Positions 11,301-21,179 are shown, numbered from the stretch's first letter. The stretch is DNA of 64,000 bases from Rhynchopus sp. YZ270_cl-10 (GCA_964035575.1 OZ037835.1:434001-498000), one strand, 5' to 3'. The notes: generated by a model from the sequence alone, not told the origin. Program-made: numbers and translations.

Positions 11301-13431
11301 CCACCTCGTACGTCTCCGCAAGGAACGCACGGTCCGCCTCCCGCAGCGCAAACGACTCCAGCACAAACCTGTCCAGCCCTCCCTTCTCAATCAGGTGCTG
11401 CTTCACAGTCGGCAGCGCCACAAACACAGGGAAGTACGGCCTCGCACCACTCACCACGCTGTTTCTGTTCCTGTTTGTGTCTTCGCTGTTGGTGCTTTCG
11501 CTCTTCCTCGCAGACGTTGCAAGGTCGCTCAGAATTGCAATCGAAGCAGACGTCTTCCCGCTCCCTCCTTCTCCGATCACACACAGCACACCACACGTCC
11601 CTTGTCTTTCTTCTCTCGCATCCACATCACGCTTGCACTCTGTGCCCGCTGCTGCCTGTGTGCACACGGAAGACATCTGCTTCTCACCTCCACCTCCACC
11701 TCCACGTCCACGTGTACGAAGCCACCTCCACACCTCCTCCATCAGCGGACGTGTCTCCGACTCATCCACACGTGTGTCATCCCCCACACGCCCCTCCACG
11801 TACTGCGCAAGGTAGTCCTTGAAGAACGCGACTGTGTGTCCCATCACCTCCTGCAGTGCGCCCACCTGCTCAGCCGCACTCGTCTCCCCCACACCACCAC
11901 CACCCACACCCACACCCACACCCGCACACACCTCCTGCATCACAATCACGTCAAAGCGCAGCCCCATCATCCGCAGCAGTGTCGGCGAAAGCTTCCACTG
12001 CACCCGGTACTCGATGTTCGCTGTGTACAGCAGCTCGTCCTCCGAAGCATACACAGACGAGAACTTCACGTCTGCAGCACCCTCCTTCGCCACCACCACA
12101 AAGAACGTCCCACCCTTCCCGTACATGAAGCTCCGAGCCACATCCCGCTTCAGTGTTGTCGACGTGAAGCAGTTCCACACAATGTGCGTCCCCAACGCGT
12201 ACTTCGCAGACACGTTCACATTGATCCCGCGGAACACAGTCCGCAGCTGCTTCCGACGGCTCCCAATCAGCCGGTCCAGACCACGGATCAGCGGCGCAAA
12301 GGTCGCAATCACGTGCAGCTGCGGGGGTGCGGGTGACAGCTCAAACACGTTCGGTGCTGTCTTCTCAGGTGTCCCCTTCCACTCCTTCACCGCAGTCAGC
12401 TGCCCCACAGCACGCATCGCAGTGTTCATCGTCATGTACAGCGCAAGCGACTGTGAATTAGCAGCACTCCCGTGGTTGTCCAGCACAGCCCGCTCCGTCA
12501 GTTTCATGTACCGCAGCTTCCCGTCAGGCCCTTTCACAATCTGCGGTGTCCCGTCCTCGTCACACACAACATCCCCGCCGCTGTCCAGCACATACTCCAC
12601 ACAGTCAGACGTGAACAGGAACCCCGACAGCAGCAACTCAAACGGGTCACGTGCCGCCATCCAGTCATCCACCTCCACGTGTCCACCACGTGTCCCCGCA
12701 GCCTCCCTCCGTCCTCTCATGTCCTCCAGCAGACGTTTGCACACCACACGGAACCCCGCCTCCATGTGCCGCACGTGTTCGTCTGTGTAGCCCAACGGCG
12801 GATCCACCTTTGGCAGACCACGCAGCCAGCACAACAGGTCTTCACCTCCATTGCTGTTCTTGTTGTTGTCCTCCTTTTTCTGCAGCCACTCCACCTTCCG
12901 TCCGTCTGTGTGCCGCAGTGCACCCGTGTCGTCAAGATCGTCCTCTCCCAGGTGCCTGTCTCCAGTCGATGTATTCGTGTCTTTCGCCATGTCCATGTGA
13001 GGTTCAGTAAGAGGTGCTCTCGTTACATCTCCACTGCTCCGTTCCACCACCACACCTGTTGTTGCATTTCTGTCTATTGTTCCTGTTCCTGTTGTTGTGG
13101 CGACACCGTCAGTGAGGTACACCTGCACAGCATCCTCCACCTCCACAAGGATCTCTGCTGCATGCACCCCCAGCTCCGCCTCAAGTCGCCCCCGCACATC
13201 CGCGTCCCTGTGCTGCAATGCGTACCACAGAGGCACCTTCCCGTCTCTGTCACGCACGTTCCCTGCCCCGTTCTCCACAAGAAACCGCACTGCCTCCACG
13301 TCCCCCGCAAGCACGGCGCTGTGCAGCATTGTCCTCCCGTCCACGCTGTCCACTGCGTCCACGGGCCTCTCCTTCCCAGTAATTCCCTTTGCAATCTCGT
13401 CCTTTTCAGGCTTCGACGCTCCGGATCCCAT
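8383..13431 (-). CDS. NLR-like STAND protein: myristoylation motif, ankyrin, ADP-ribosyltransferase (ARTC), NACHT-type P-loop, pentapeptide repeats, WD40 repeats; 1682 aa
   Basis: MGSGASK; DGRTMLHSAV / DGKVPLWYA; VFRG..FTSTT..SEDELL (R-S-ExE); GEGGSGKT; VVLVLDSLDE; NPFVL; FRHKSLGEHLAA; DLSGI..CDLRGS; many GH..V..VAVTPDG..SDKTVRVW repeats. Confidence 0.9.
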   Translation of the reverse strand: MGSGASKPEKDEIAKGITGKERPVDAVDSVDGRTMLHSAVLAGDVEAVRFLVENGAGNVRDRDGKVPLWYALQHRDADVRGRLEAELGVHAAEILVEVEDAVQVYLTDGVATTTGTGTIDRNATTGVVVERSSGDVTRAPLTEPHMDMAKDTNTSTGDRHLGEDDLDDTGALRHTDGRKVEWLQKKEDNNKNSNGGEDLLCWLRGLPKVDPPLGYTDEHVRHMEAGFRVVCKRLLEDMRGRREAAGTRGGHVEVDDWMAARDPFELLLSGFLFTSDCVEYVLDSGGDVVCDEDGTPQIVKGPDGKLRYMKLTERAVLDNHGSAANSQSLALYMTMNTAMRAVGQLTAVKEWKGTPEKTAPNVFELSPAPPQLHVIATFAPLIRGLDRLIGSRRKQLRTVFRGINVNVSAKYALGTHIVWNCFTSTTLKRDVARSFMYGKGGTFFVVVAKEGAADVKFSSVYASEDELLYTANIEYRVQWKLSPTLLRMMGLRFDVIVMQEVCAGVGVGVGGGGVGETSAAEQVGALQEVMGHTVAFFKDYLAQYVEGRVGDDTRVDESETRPLMEEVWRWLRTRGRGGGGGGEKQMSSVCTQAAAGTECKRDVDAREERQGTCGVLCVIGEGGSGKTSASIAILSDLATSARKSESTNSEDTNRNRNSVVSGARPYFPVFVALPTVKQHLIEKGGLDRFVLESFALREADRAFLAETYEVVLVLDSLDEVGLTQKDVGAVVAEGGLLCRHPWVEAHCSVVVTVRGEYLKGVDTSPSGVCGAGVRAVYMQPFTEVDARTYIERANTAWEKEHKEEKEKDGERTVFVREEDVEGLVQLRNPFVLHMACHAQCSGKASEEVIYEAYLETWTKKEMASGGVTVAGVSLDDVVRAGELVACRMLETNEWQGTVGVASQILDSQHGVCEAVRDACFRCLPFRIEDFGEERSAFTFRHKSLGEHLAARRLARDPAGTLGTLVQRSFSKDSQRVLGFFAALVCGDSVLYERACTELLAAVKATRGSAGAASGAGPGDGIVTAGSNAAALLARARIPVSGEDLSGIRVSNCDLRGSLFVETALTGASFSNCWLEHTEFNTCDMGGTMLPDCSLGAPLPPLRVVRVRTVVVTPDGSQMVTDGIGGPVLSMLTGKQVFHLGVPGADVTTGIAVAPDGTRIVTGSSDKTVRVWDLHTGEAVFVLDGHSDNVKSVAVTPDSSKVVSSSPIDGIRVWDLSTGKEVLAVTSRGILSMVVTIDGRNIVTCSRDVLCVWDLVTGKQERQWPCCVSYPHQLAVTPDGCHVVTCYEKDAHLWNLSTEAEVMVFHADWLYSVAVTPDGCHVVAGSSGTVHVWSISTGKEVMTLQGHTGPVWAVAVTPDGCHVVSCSDNFDDRTVRVWNLTTGKETSGFEAHRSSVTSVAMTPDGSIISCSEKRIHMWNASTGRQTQVFEGHFFGENTAAVTADGSHMVYQTYDDAGNMRACVWNADTGKSAHLRDSSDFVVCLTSDDVLDLAVSPDASHVVMSLGEDNVVRVWSLLTGKEVARCAGHTDFVFGVAVAPDGVHVVSWSQDETVRMWKLHTGEETMVFKGHTTNIEGVALTSDGSRVVSCAGDNTLRVWDVGSGKEVVTMQSFDSVQGVAVTPDGAHAVSRSFDGTVQVWSMTTGEQVAEIQGRCAASSSIAVSPDGREVMCGFNDKTVRVWSI

Positions 13432-14733
13432 CTTCCTGATGTGTTACTTGGTGTATGTTTGTTCACAGTGGTTGTATTGTCCCTGTGTGTTGTGGTGATG
13501 TGTTCAGGGCAGTCTTGCTGTGTTCAGCAGTACCCAAGCAGAGAGTCCTTCCACTATTCCCAGTAACCCTACTCCACTGCACACAGTGCCGCCATAACGA
13601 CGGAGCGGGCTAGAGGGTATGCAAAGCAGGGGCCAGGCTGAGTACGCTGATTCACCGAAAGGAGGCTCCAGCGATGTCCTCAGAAAATGGAACGTCTGCG
13701 GAGGAGTTGTGGACTCAGGGCAGCAGTTGGCAGCGGTTGCCTGGGTATCGAAATGTCCGAGGTTACTGTGCTGTGGAGCTAGCTACGTCCTGTGACAAGG
13801 TTGCTGGTCTCTTATGTGCGTCACAATGTTGTTTTGGCAAACATGGAAGGGAGGAAGGGAGGGAGGGAGGGAAACGAAAAAACTTACTTCACAACAACAA
13901 CGTGTGAGAAAGAAGAAAAAAACAAAACAAAAACGATGATTTTATGAATGTGATGATGTTGGGGTGGGGAGAATAAAACAGTTCCAAGAAAAGCTCCTGC
14001 GTCGGTTTTCTTGTAGTTAATCGTTGATTATTATTTCCCTGCGTTGACTGCAGGAAAGTTCGCGAACTATCGCGACCAGGAAATGGGACTTTTTAAACAA
14101 CAATAAATAAACAAAAACAAATCAGTAAACAGCTCAAAGTTATCCGGGGGAGAGAAACACCCCCCACAGAAGAAATAAAAAATAGCATCTACATGGCAGC
14201 AGCACGTCAGAGGTTGCGTGTCGGGTTGTACCTGCACACTATCAACAACCTCTCGCAGTCGACCCGAGTCGCACTGCTCTCGATGATACAAATAGTGACG
14301 TAACATGAGTTAAAAGAACAAAAAAAAAGGGTTCCACAGGAAAAAAATTGAATACTAAGATGAGACGACCGAGCCGCACTGCTCCCGTTACACCTTTTTT
14401 AGTGAAAAAAACAGACCCACGCGACAAAGAGGAGAAGAAAACAGAAAGCTTGATGCCCTGCCCACTACCAACAGCCTAACGTGGTCGTACACTCGACGCA
14501 CTACACCCCCTTAGGCTTTACGGGGGGGCTCACATGCCAGAAGCAGAGTGTCAAGCACGAAGCCCACTGCCATCATCATCTCGCGTAGTCGAACCACAGT
14601 CGCACTACTACCGATGAGGCACATCAAGAGTTGCGTGTCGGATCGCTCCTGCACACTGCCCAACTCCCGTAGTCGACCCGAGTCGCGGGTTTTTGAGCGG
14701 TCTTCTTGCTGCGTACGTGCGATTTGGGAGTGC

Positions 14734-15705
14734 TTAGTTGATGGATACGCCAAAGTACTTCTCATATTCCAGTTTGAACCATACCCTAACGTCCCGTATG
14801 GACTGTGGGAGCCGGTTGTAGCTGTGCAACTCTCTAGTTAATTTCCCAGCGTGCTCATCCCTGTGGACGTATGTGGCTTCGAGGGCCTTCAGTTTGTTGA
14901 GTTCATCACGGATACGGTATTTCCACGCAGCTTCCGTCTGCGGAGAACGAAACTGCCATAGGTCCCGTATCTCTTCAAGCACCGTGTCGCGCTGCCTCTG
15001 CAGCCCTCTGTTGCCGTGGAAATGGTACACCCGACGCATGGCGTTTTCGAAATGGTAGTGGTGCAGAGTGCCTTCTGGGTTGTCAGTCGAGGGCCACGAG
15101 TCCACATCGCAGAAGCAAAAATCCTTCTCTTGCTGTGACATAGGTCGCTGCGCAACGGTGTTCGTAGGGGAGAGTCCTTCTTTTATATAGTCGTCCAAAA
15201 GGCCCATAGCCTTCTGCAGCTCTGCCGTCTGCTTCAACTGCGCCCTGATGTTCATAGGCAGATTCCGCCAGAAAGACGCACCGTGTTCCTCACGGAACCA
15301 CTGCCAGATATGCGCACGGTCCTCCGTCGCCAGGAGCGGAAGCAAGTCGCCAGGAGCAACAAGACCCCTTCCCGCAGTGCGGGGGCGGCGGTAACCGGCA
15401 GATGGACTCGTGGACAGAGGGCCCCCTCGGCTCTCCTCAGCCGCAGCGTCGGCCCTCTTGCGCTTGCCCGCCAGCACCGGAGGCCCCTCAGACTGTTTTG
15501 GAGGATTGCACACGGGAACAGTGTCGGTTTGAGCCTGCGTGCACGAATTCGTCGCGGGCGGGTGCGGTTCGCTAGAGCCCCTGGAGGCAGCCGCAGCCAC
15601 AGACGCTAGCAAGGACACCTGCTCCTCCAGCTTCGCCTCGCGCTTCTCCATCTTTGCCAGCTCCCTGAGGAGTTGCAGCTTCGTGCGCTTGTCCGTAGGG
15701 GGCAT
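14734..15705 (-). CDS. Hypothetical 323-aa protein (N-terminal coiled coil, KRKR NLS-like motif, helical C-terminal domain)
   Basis: GC-rich ORF from ATG at 15705 following an AT-rich upstream region; no family recognised. Confidence 0.65.
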   Translation of the reverse strand: MPPTDKRTKLQLLRELAKMEKREAKLEEQVSLLASVAAAASRGSSEPHPPATNSCTQAQTDTVPVCNPPKQSEGPPVLAGKRKRADAAAEESRGGPLSTSPSAGYRRPRTAGRGLVAPGDLLPLLATEDRAHIWQWFREEHGASFWRNLPMNIRAQLKQTAELQKAMGLLDDYIKEGLSPTNTVAQRPMSQQEKDFCFCDVDSWPSTDNPEGTLHHYHFENAMRRVYHFHGNRGLQRQRDTVLEEIRDLWQFRSPQTEAAWKYRIRDELNKLKALEATYVHRDEHAGKLTRELHSYNRLPQSIRDVRVWFKLEYEKYFGVSIN

Positions 15706-15807
15706 GTTATTTATAAAAAAGATGAAAATCAGATAGTTAAAAAAGAGAAGAGAGCAGCAAAAAACGTTGTGTGAAAACTTTTTTTTCCCGTCAAGTGTTC
15801 CTGCAAA

Positions 15808-16882
15808 CAATAAACCAATAAAAACAATAAAGACAAGTAATTGCTATCGGAAAAAAAACGGGGTGTGCTGTGGTTATGGGGGGACCCACACTCCTGAACA
15901 CCGCCCTGTAGAAATAATCTACACTCTGCTCTTCTGCAGGTATGCGAAAACGCTGCCACAACCACTGGGACGCCTGCACTTGAAACGTTCAAGAACGGGG
16001 GCTGTCATCCTCAGACCCCTCTTCGTCCAGCACCATTTGCTCGATCGATGGTCGGCGTGTTCCACCTCGTTGTCGTCCACAGCCTCCCACTCATCGTCGC
16101 CGGAGGAGGAGTGCGCAAGGAACACAGACGACGAACTGTCGTCGATCACACCATGCGCATCAGCACCACCCAGCAAAGCGCCAGGCTGCTATGTTGGTTT
16201 CGAAAATCGCGCGGAGTTTCCCACAGCACACCTCGTTATTTTTCTTAGCAATTCCTTGTTTTGTTATTGTTTTCCACACACCTTCCTTCAACCCTTGTAG
16301 GATCAGTTGTTATTTTTTTCTAGAAAACTTGAAATTACACATTTCAAGAGAACAAATTAAAAAGGGTCCTTATTTGCGTTTTTGGGCTCCGCCCGTGCAG
16401 TGGTGGGGTCAATCTCGAAAATTGGACACTTTTTTGACCACTTAAATTTTGAGAAATATGAGCCCGGTTGCTTATACGTGGGGCCCATTTTCGGCCAAAA
16501 TTTTCCTCAAAATCCGGGTTTGTAATATTGACCCTTTACTCCCCCCCCGCATCGATTTCAATACTATACCTTACTTCACCTACGGTTACCCTTACAGGGG
16601 GGGTGAAGGAAGGTAAGTTGAAAAGGGTCCTTATTTGCGTTTTTGGGCTCCGCCCGTGCAGTGGTGGGGTCAATCTCGAAAATTGGACACTTTTTTGACC
16701 ACTTAAATTTTGAGAAATATGAGCCCGGTTGCTTATACGTGGGGCCCATTTTCGGCCAAAATTTTCCTCAAAATCCGGGTTTGTAATATTGACCCTTTAC
16801 TCCCCCCCCACATCGATTTCAATACTATACCTTACTTCACCTACGGTTACCCTTACAGGGGGGGTGAAGGAAGGTAAGTTGA
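15808..16882. repeat. Dispersed repeat family A, copy 1, with a ~261-bp tandem duplication (16360-16620 / 16621-16881)
   Basis: Shares caagtaattgctatcggaaaaaaa, gaaaatcgcgcggagtt and gcccgtgcagtggtggggtcaatctcg with 29693-30503 and, in part, 48686-49540. Confidence 0.9.
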
Positions 16883-17630
16883 CAAAAGAGTGCATGCTCT
16901 GACTCTTGCTTGTCTGTGACTCACCAGCACCTGCTTCAACCAAACACATGACCACCTAGAAACCTCCACGTAGGCAGGTCAGCGTGTAGATGCATGTGCC
17001 TAGTTGTGCTTCAGAGGCAGTGGGGGGGAAATGACTCTCAGGAAGGTGCGCAACGTCACAGAGGAGGGGCACTCTAGTGGTAGCGATGAGAAGAAAGGAT
17101 GGCCGCTATTGGCAAGTGCTGCAAGTGTCTAAGATTGTGAAAAAAAGGGGGGAGTCCCGGGGGGGAGAGGTACAATTATTTGCATGCTTGCCCTACCCTC
17201 GCAGCACACCAGCAACACAAAAAAAAAAGCGCCATGAAACATTTTAAGGATGGTAAAAAGTGATTTTCCAGAACCCTTATTAGTAGCACCATAGAGCACC
17301 CTCCCGCAGAAGGGCAGAAAAAACAAAGTTGACTTGAAATACAAAGCCCTCTCGTGACATTGTACCTTAGACACACTAGACCCCAACGAAGCTCCGAAGG
17401 AAAACATTCCTGGTTAGTAAGTAGAACATCGTTGGGGAAAGGGGGGGAACAAAAGAAGAGAAGTATATAAGATGACCCTAAGCCTCTCTGTGCTTAGTCA
17501 CTGAGGTAATAGGGAGGACGGATGAAGGAAACAAAAAAGGATTGCCGGCGTTATGCATCCCACCATATGAGCGCACGGTGATGATGTTAAGGTTTTTTTT
17601 GGTGACATTACATATCTTCTGTAGCGCTTC

Positions 17631-17851
17631 CGAACAGGGCAGAGCCCAAGCCTGAACCGGCAATTTGTCGGCATGTGGTGCAAGCGTACGATGGGGGCCA
17701 TACGTTGGAGGAGTAAGTCTTCTGGAATGAAGCGCCATAGAGGGTGAGAGTCCCGTCCTTCCTCCTAACGCGTGGGTGCTTCATTGTTTGCAAGAGTCGC
17801 TCAGGTTTGGGAATGCTGAGCTAATTGGCAGGTATCCATCCCTCTGCTAAG
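17631..17851 (+). rRNA. Isolated 28S (LSU) rRNA fragment, D1 region (non-functional insertion)
   Basis: cgaacagggcagagccca; aagtc..ctggaa..gcgccatagagggtgagagtcccgt; gagtcgctcaggtttgggaatgctgagc (gctcag/ctgagc stem); all collinear with the conserved eukaryotic LSU 5' end. Confidence 0.85.
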
Positions 17852-17989
17852 GGTTTGCGGTCTGATCTTTCTGCCGTTTTTCCTGACACACAACCCCTCC
17901 TCCTCCTTCGGCAGGGAAAAAAACCCGCAGAAAAATAGCGTACGTTTCGGTCCTGATCACACAGCAATGTGGGGATTGCACAGAGGGGT

Positions 17990-18484
17990 CTACTTCTTCT
18001 TAGGTGCGGTGCGCTTCACTTTGACGATCCTGTACGACCCAGACTCTGCCAGCGCCTTGTTGAAGATTGGGAGTCCCCCACCAGCCTTGCTGCCTAGACC
18101 CATACTCATGGCCCCGTCCTCGGGCTTGCATTGGATGGCCATGAGAGTGGTGACGACAGAGGCTGGGATGGTGAACTCAACGACAGTCGTCGGCGCGCTG
18201 TCGACCCATTTCTTGCCGTTAAGGTACTTCTCTGCGTACACACGCCCAGCAGCGGCCTCGATGACTGCCTGATACGGCTGTGTCGACGGCAGTGCACCGT
18301 GTGCTAGCAAATACTCCAACTCAAGGTCTCCCATAGGCCGGTACAGCACAGTGTCCCCCGCAGCAGGTACCGACGACGGCGCGTCGAGCCAGACGCTGCT
18401 CGATCCGGTGTGGGTCACGTCGCTTAGCAAGCCGTCATCGAGAAGGCTGCGCTCCCAGGGCCTCAGCTTCACACCCTTGACCAT
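17990..18484 (-). CDS. 164-aa protein resembling Rhs-type ADP-ribosyltransferase toxin domains
   Basis: GC-rich ORF with LYRPMGDLE..L..G.LP, YAEKY, VVEF and KPEDG.MSMGLG....LPIFN; the ART resemblance is from remembered motif patterns only. Confidence 0.55.
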   Translation of the reverse strand: MVKGVKLRPWERSLLDDGLLSDVTHTGSSSVWLDAPSSVPAAGDTVLYRPMGDLELEYLLAHGALPSTQPYQAVIEAAAGRVYAEKYLNGKKWVDSAPTTVVEFTIPASVVTTLMAIQCKPEDGAMSMGLGSKAGGGLPIFNKALAESGSYRIVKVKRTAPKKK

Positions 18485-18582
18485 GAGGAAAGGGAAAAGT
18501 GGGGAAAGGGGAAAACCTGGCATGTGGAGGTGGATTTTTTTGTGAAATATTTCGTAAGTTCTTGGAAATTGTGAGATGTAGA

Positions 18583-18840
18583 TGTTGGCACGGAGGACAC
18601 TGATTGGCTTGCTCTGCAGACACAGCGTCAGGTCGGCTTGGTGTGCTCTGTGTATGTTAGACTCCATGGTCATGGACTGGGATGTGACGGTGTCACCACT
18701 CTTGTGACCTTGTGGCGTACCTTGTGGCGTAGTCGTGCACCCTGTAAACCCCTCTGTATCCTCTTCAGCGCTGTGCTGCTCTGCCAGAACAGACTCAGGC
18801 ATGAACGCACGCAGCTCTTGCATTCTGTCAATCGACAGCG
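18583..18840 (-). pseudogene. ~258-bp internal fragment of a receptor cyclase paralog
   Basis: LSIDRMQELRAFMPESVLAEQHS...QADLTLCLQSKPISVLRANI matches ~23903-24146 and ~46233-46470. Confidence 0.9.
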
Positions 18841-18964
18841 GGTTGGAGTAGAGCCACACTTCACCGACAGGTCGAGGTGTGTGCGTTTCACAACCTCTCC
18901 CTTTATTGTTTTTATTGGTTTAGCGGAGGTGGGGGGAAACACAAAAAAGGAAAGTAGCAGTGCG

Positions 18965-19130
18965 GTTTCAATTTTTCCTTCCTTCAAAACTTTACACACA
19001 ACGCTTTAGGTATTTTGGGAGACACACAAGGTGCCAGGTTCTATGACATGCACAGAACCACCCTGCACCTGTTTATCATAATATCATAGCTTCCCGTGCC
19101 TACATGGGGAAACGTTTCGAACTCGAAACT
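18965..19130. repeat. Dispersed repeat family C (also 26209-26540; its distal part at 21368-21412 and, inverted, at 63795-63965)
   Basis: ttttccttccttcaaaac...gagacacacaaggtgccaggttctatg shared with ~26215-26370. Confidence 0.8.
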
Positions 19131-19289
19131 AGGGAAATAATGACAACACAGAGCAGGGGTTTTAAATTCGAGACGCATATTTTTGAAAAAAAATCTAATT
19201 TACGACAAAAAGACAAGAGAAACATAAGAAGAAAGCAACACGCCGATTGGCTGTGTGCCGACAGAGCTAAAAGAAGCATGTATCCATGC

Positions 19290-20218
19290 TCCAGAGGGAG
19301 GGATCAGAGAAGCATCATAAAAACGACAGGTCCGGTGAGGGCTACGGGACTTCTCTGCGACGTGTGGTCGGCACTACACCGGGCTACAACCAAGGTGCGG
19401 GTGATCATGCAGTACATCCCGTCACATGTGGGGGTGAGTGGAAATGAAGAAGCGGACCACGAAGCCAAATTAGGTACGGCCACGTACCAAGCAGAACGGG
19501 CATCACAAAAAGGCCGCCTACAAGAGGAACCACTCACGCTCCTCGCGTGCAAAGCGGCGATACGCGCAGTCTGCTCCAGCTACACACCCCAACCGGTGAG
19601 CGAACTCTACAGCACGATCACGGCGGACACCCCGAAGGGAGTGGCGCGACCCAAGCTGAGCACACCGGAGCTCACGCGGCGGGGAGCAGTGCAGATGAGA
19701 CTGCTGCGGACAGAGCGCCACCCTGCGCTGTTCGACTACATGGGCAGCAACGACGTGGCACGCTGCAACAACTGCACGGCAAAAGCAAAGGCGACACTGA
19801 AACACATGTTCAAAGTGTGTTCAGCCACCAAGGCACTAAGGACAGACCTACTGCCAAACAAGTCGCTCAAGTTCTTACTGCTAGAGCAACCCCAGTTGTG
19901 CCTGAAGTACATCAGCGCGGCAAAACTGACAGAGGCCAGCCTGCCTGAACTCGTGCGGAGCAACACCTGCTGAGGAGACGCCGGCCAAAACTTGAAACAA
20001 TAAAGAAAAGAGAATAAAAACTGCGAACAAAAAGCAAGCCCAGGACGTACCTGCGGCACCACGACCAGCGCAACTGACGATTGCGAAGACAAAACATGTG
20101 CGGAACACCGTCTTCTACGAAGACGTGTGTTACACTTTCAAACATACTTTTTACTTTTCAAAAAAAAAAAACAACAAAAAAACAAAAAAACAAAAAACAA
20201 AAAAAAAACAAAAAAACA
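19290..20218 (+). mobile_element. 5'-truncated Ingi/I-type LINE: RNase H C-terminal half, CCHC finger, 3' UTR, A-rich tail
   Basis: QYIPSHVGVSGNEEADHEAK (RNase H); LRTERH; CNNC....TLKHMFKVC; stop at 19973; (A)nC tail at ~20160-20218. Confidence 0.85.
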
Positions 20219-20318
20219 TATCATTGTTTTTTCCTTTTAATTTATAAGGTGCCCAGGCCAGGGGGGGCTTGGGTGCACTTTATAAATTTTTTTTTATCAT
20301 ATTTTTTTTTTTCTTTTT

Positions 20319-20710
20319 GACTCCGTGGTTAACCTCGTGTGAGGTTGCGCGGAGTTCGCAGTCAGGCCAGGGAGCCACGTAACAAGGCTCGACTGCCACA
20401 TAGTGGGGGGAGATCTGTGCAGCCTGTATGTTCCCCCCGATTTTCGTGGTAAATGGGGAGGCGCTTCCGTTTAACGGCAACCCACAAGAGTAGAACAACA
20501 ACCAAACTTTTGAGAAACAGACGCCAATGAGACCTAGAGTCTCTCTTCTTACTTGTGTGCTACAGACAAACATGACAACGCTAACCACGACTGCCACGGC
20601 AGAGCGGGGTCCCTAACGGTTCACTGGGGGGGATCCACATAGATAAAGAAAACAAAAAATACGAAAGCAAGGAAGAAAACCAGTAAAAAAAAAAAAAAAA
20701 AAAAAAAAAA
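20319..20710 (+). mobile_element. Possible SINE-like retroposed element with a hairpin-rich 5' part and a poly(A) tail
   Basis: Stems gactccgtg/cgcggagtt, gcagtc/gactgc, gagcc/ggctc, gggggga/tcccccc; poly(A) at 20685-20710; no TSD found. Confidence 0.35.
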
Positions 20711-21041
20711 CGCCACGTCGAGCGCAGCAATATCGCAAGAAAAACACATAAATCGTATAACAAGCATCCAGTACTCTACCACTACGAGACCACAAGAGTA
20801 CTGTGTAAGACAAAGACACTAGCAGTAACCTTCATGCAAAACGAGGGGAGCAAAGGGGTGAAGAAACACGAAACATCCAGCAAAGAGACCACATACTCTA
20901 CAAGCAGGCCCATAAAGTTCTCTGCTTCTCCAATTCACAGGAACAACCAAGAACATTACTCAAACAGGAACCACAGGTACAACCTCAGTTGCCATGCAGC
21001 GAAGATGGCAAGCACAGAGACAAAGAACAAAATAATAAAAT

Positions 21042-21179
21042 GGTGTGGCTGACGACCCCAAAATGGCAGAAAATAGCAGAAAGTAGCACAAAATAGCACC
21101 TCCTTCAGCCGCGCCAAAAAATCCAGATGCCCAGAATAGCAGAAAATAGCAGAAAATAGCACCCCCTTTCAGCCACACC
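21042..21179. mobile_element. 138-bp MITE
   Basis: TIR GGTGTGGCTGA/TCAGCCACACC; 7-bp TSD ataaaat; internal aaaatagca repeats. Confidence 0.8.

Noticed and set aside
9877..13566. Long plus-strand ORFs (819, 364, 323 aa)
   Set aside because: Antisense shadows of the GC-rich NLR-like gene, with His/Thr/Pro bias and no motifs
4441..14150. Possible 9.7-kb transposon (cccccggata / tatccggggg) carrying the cyclase and NLR-like genes
   Set aside because: Only a 10-bp low-complexity match and no TSD
17990..18859. Single genuine 289-aa gene
   Set aside because: The N-terminal part is repeat B plus a cyclase fragment plus an AT-rich linker; the likely real start is the ATG at 18484
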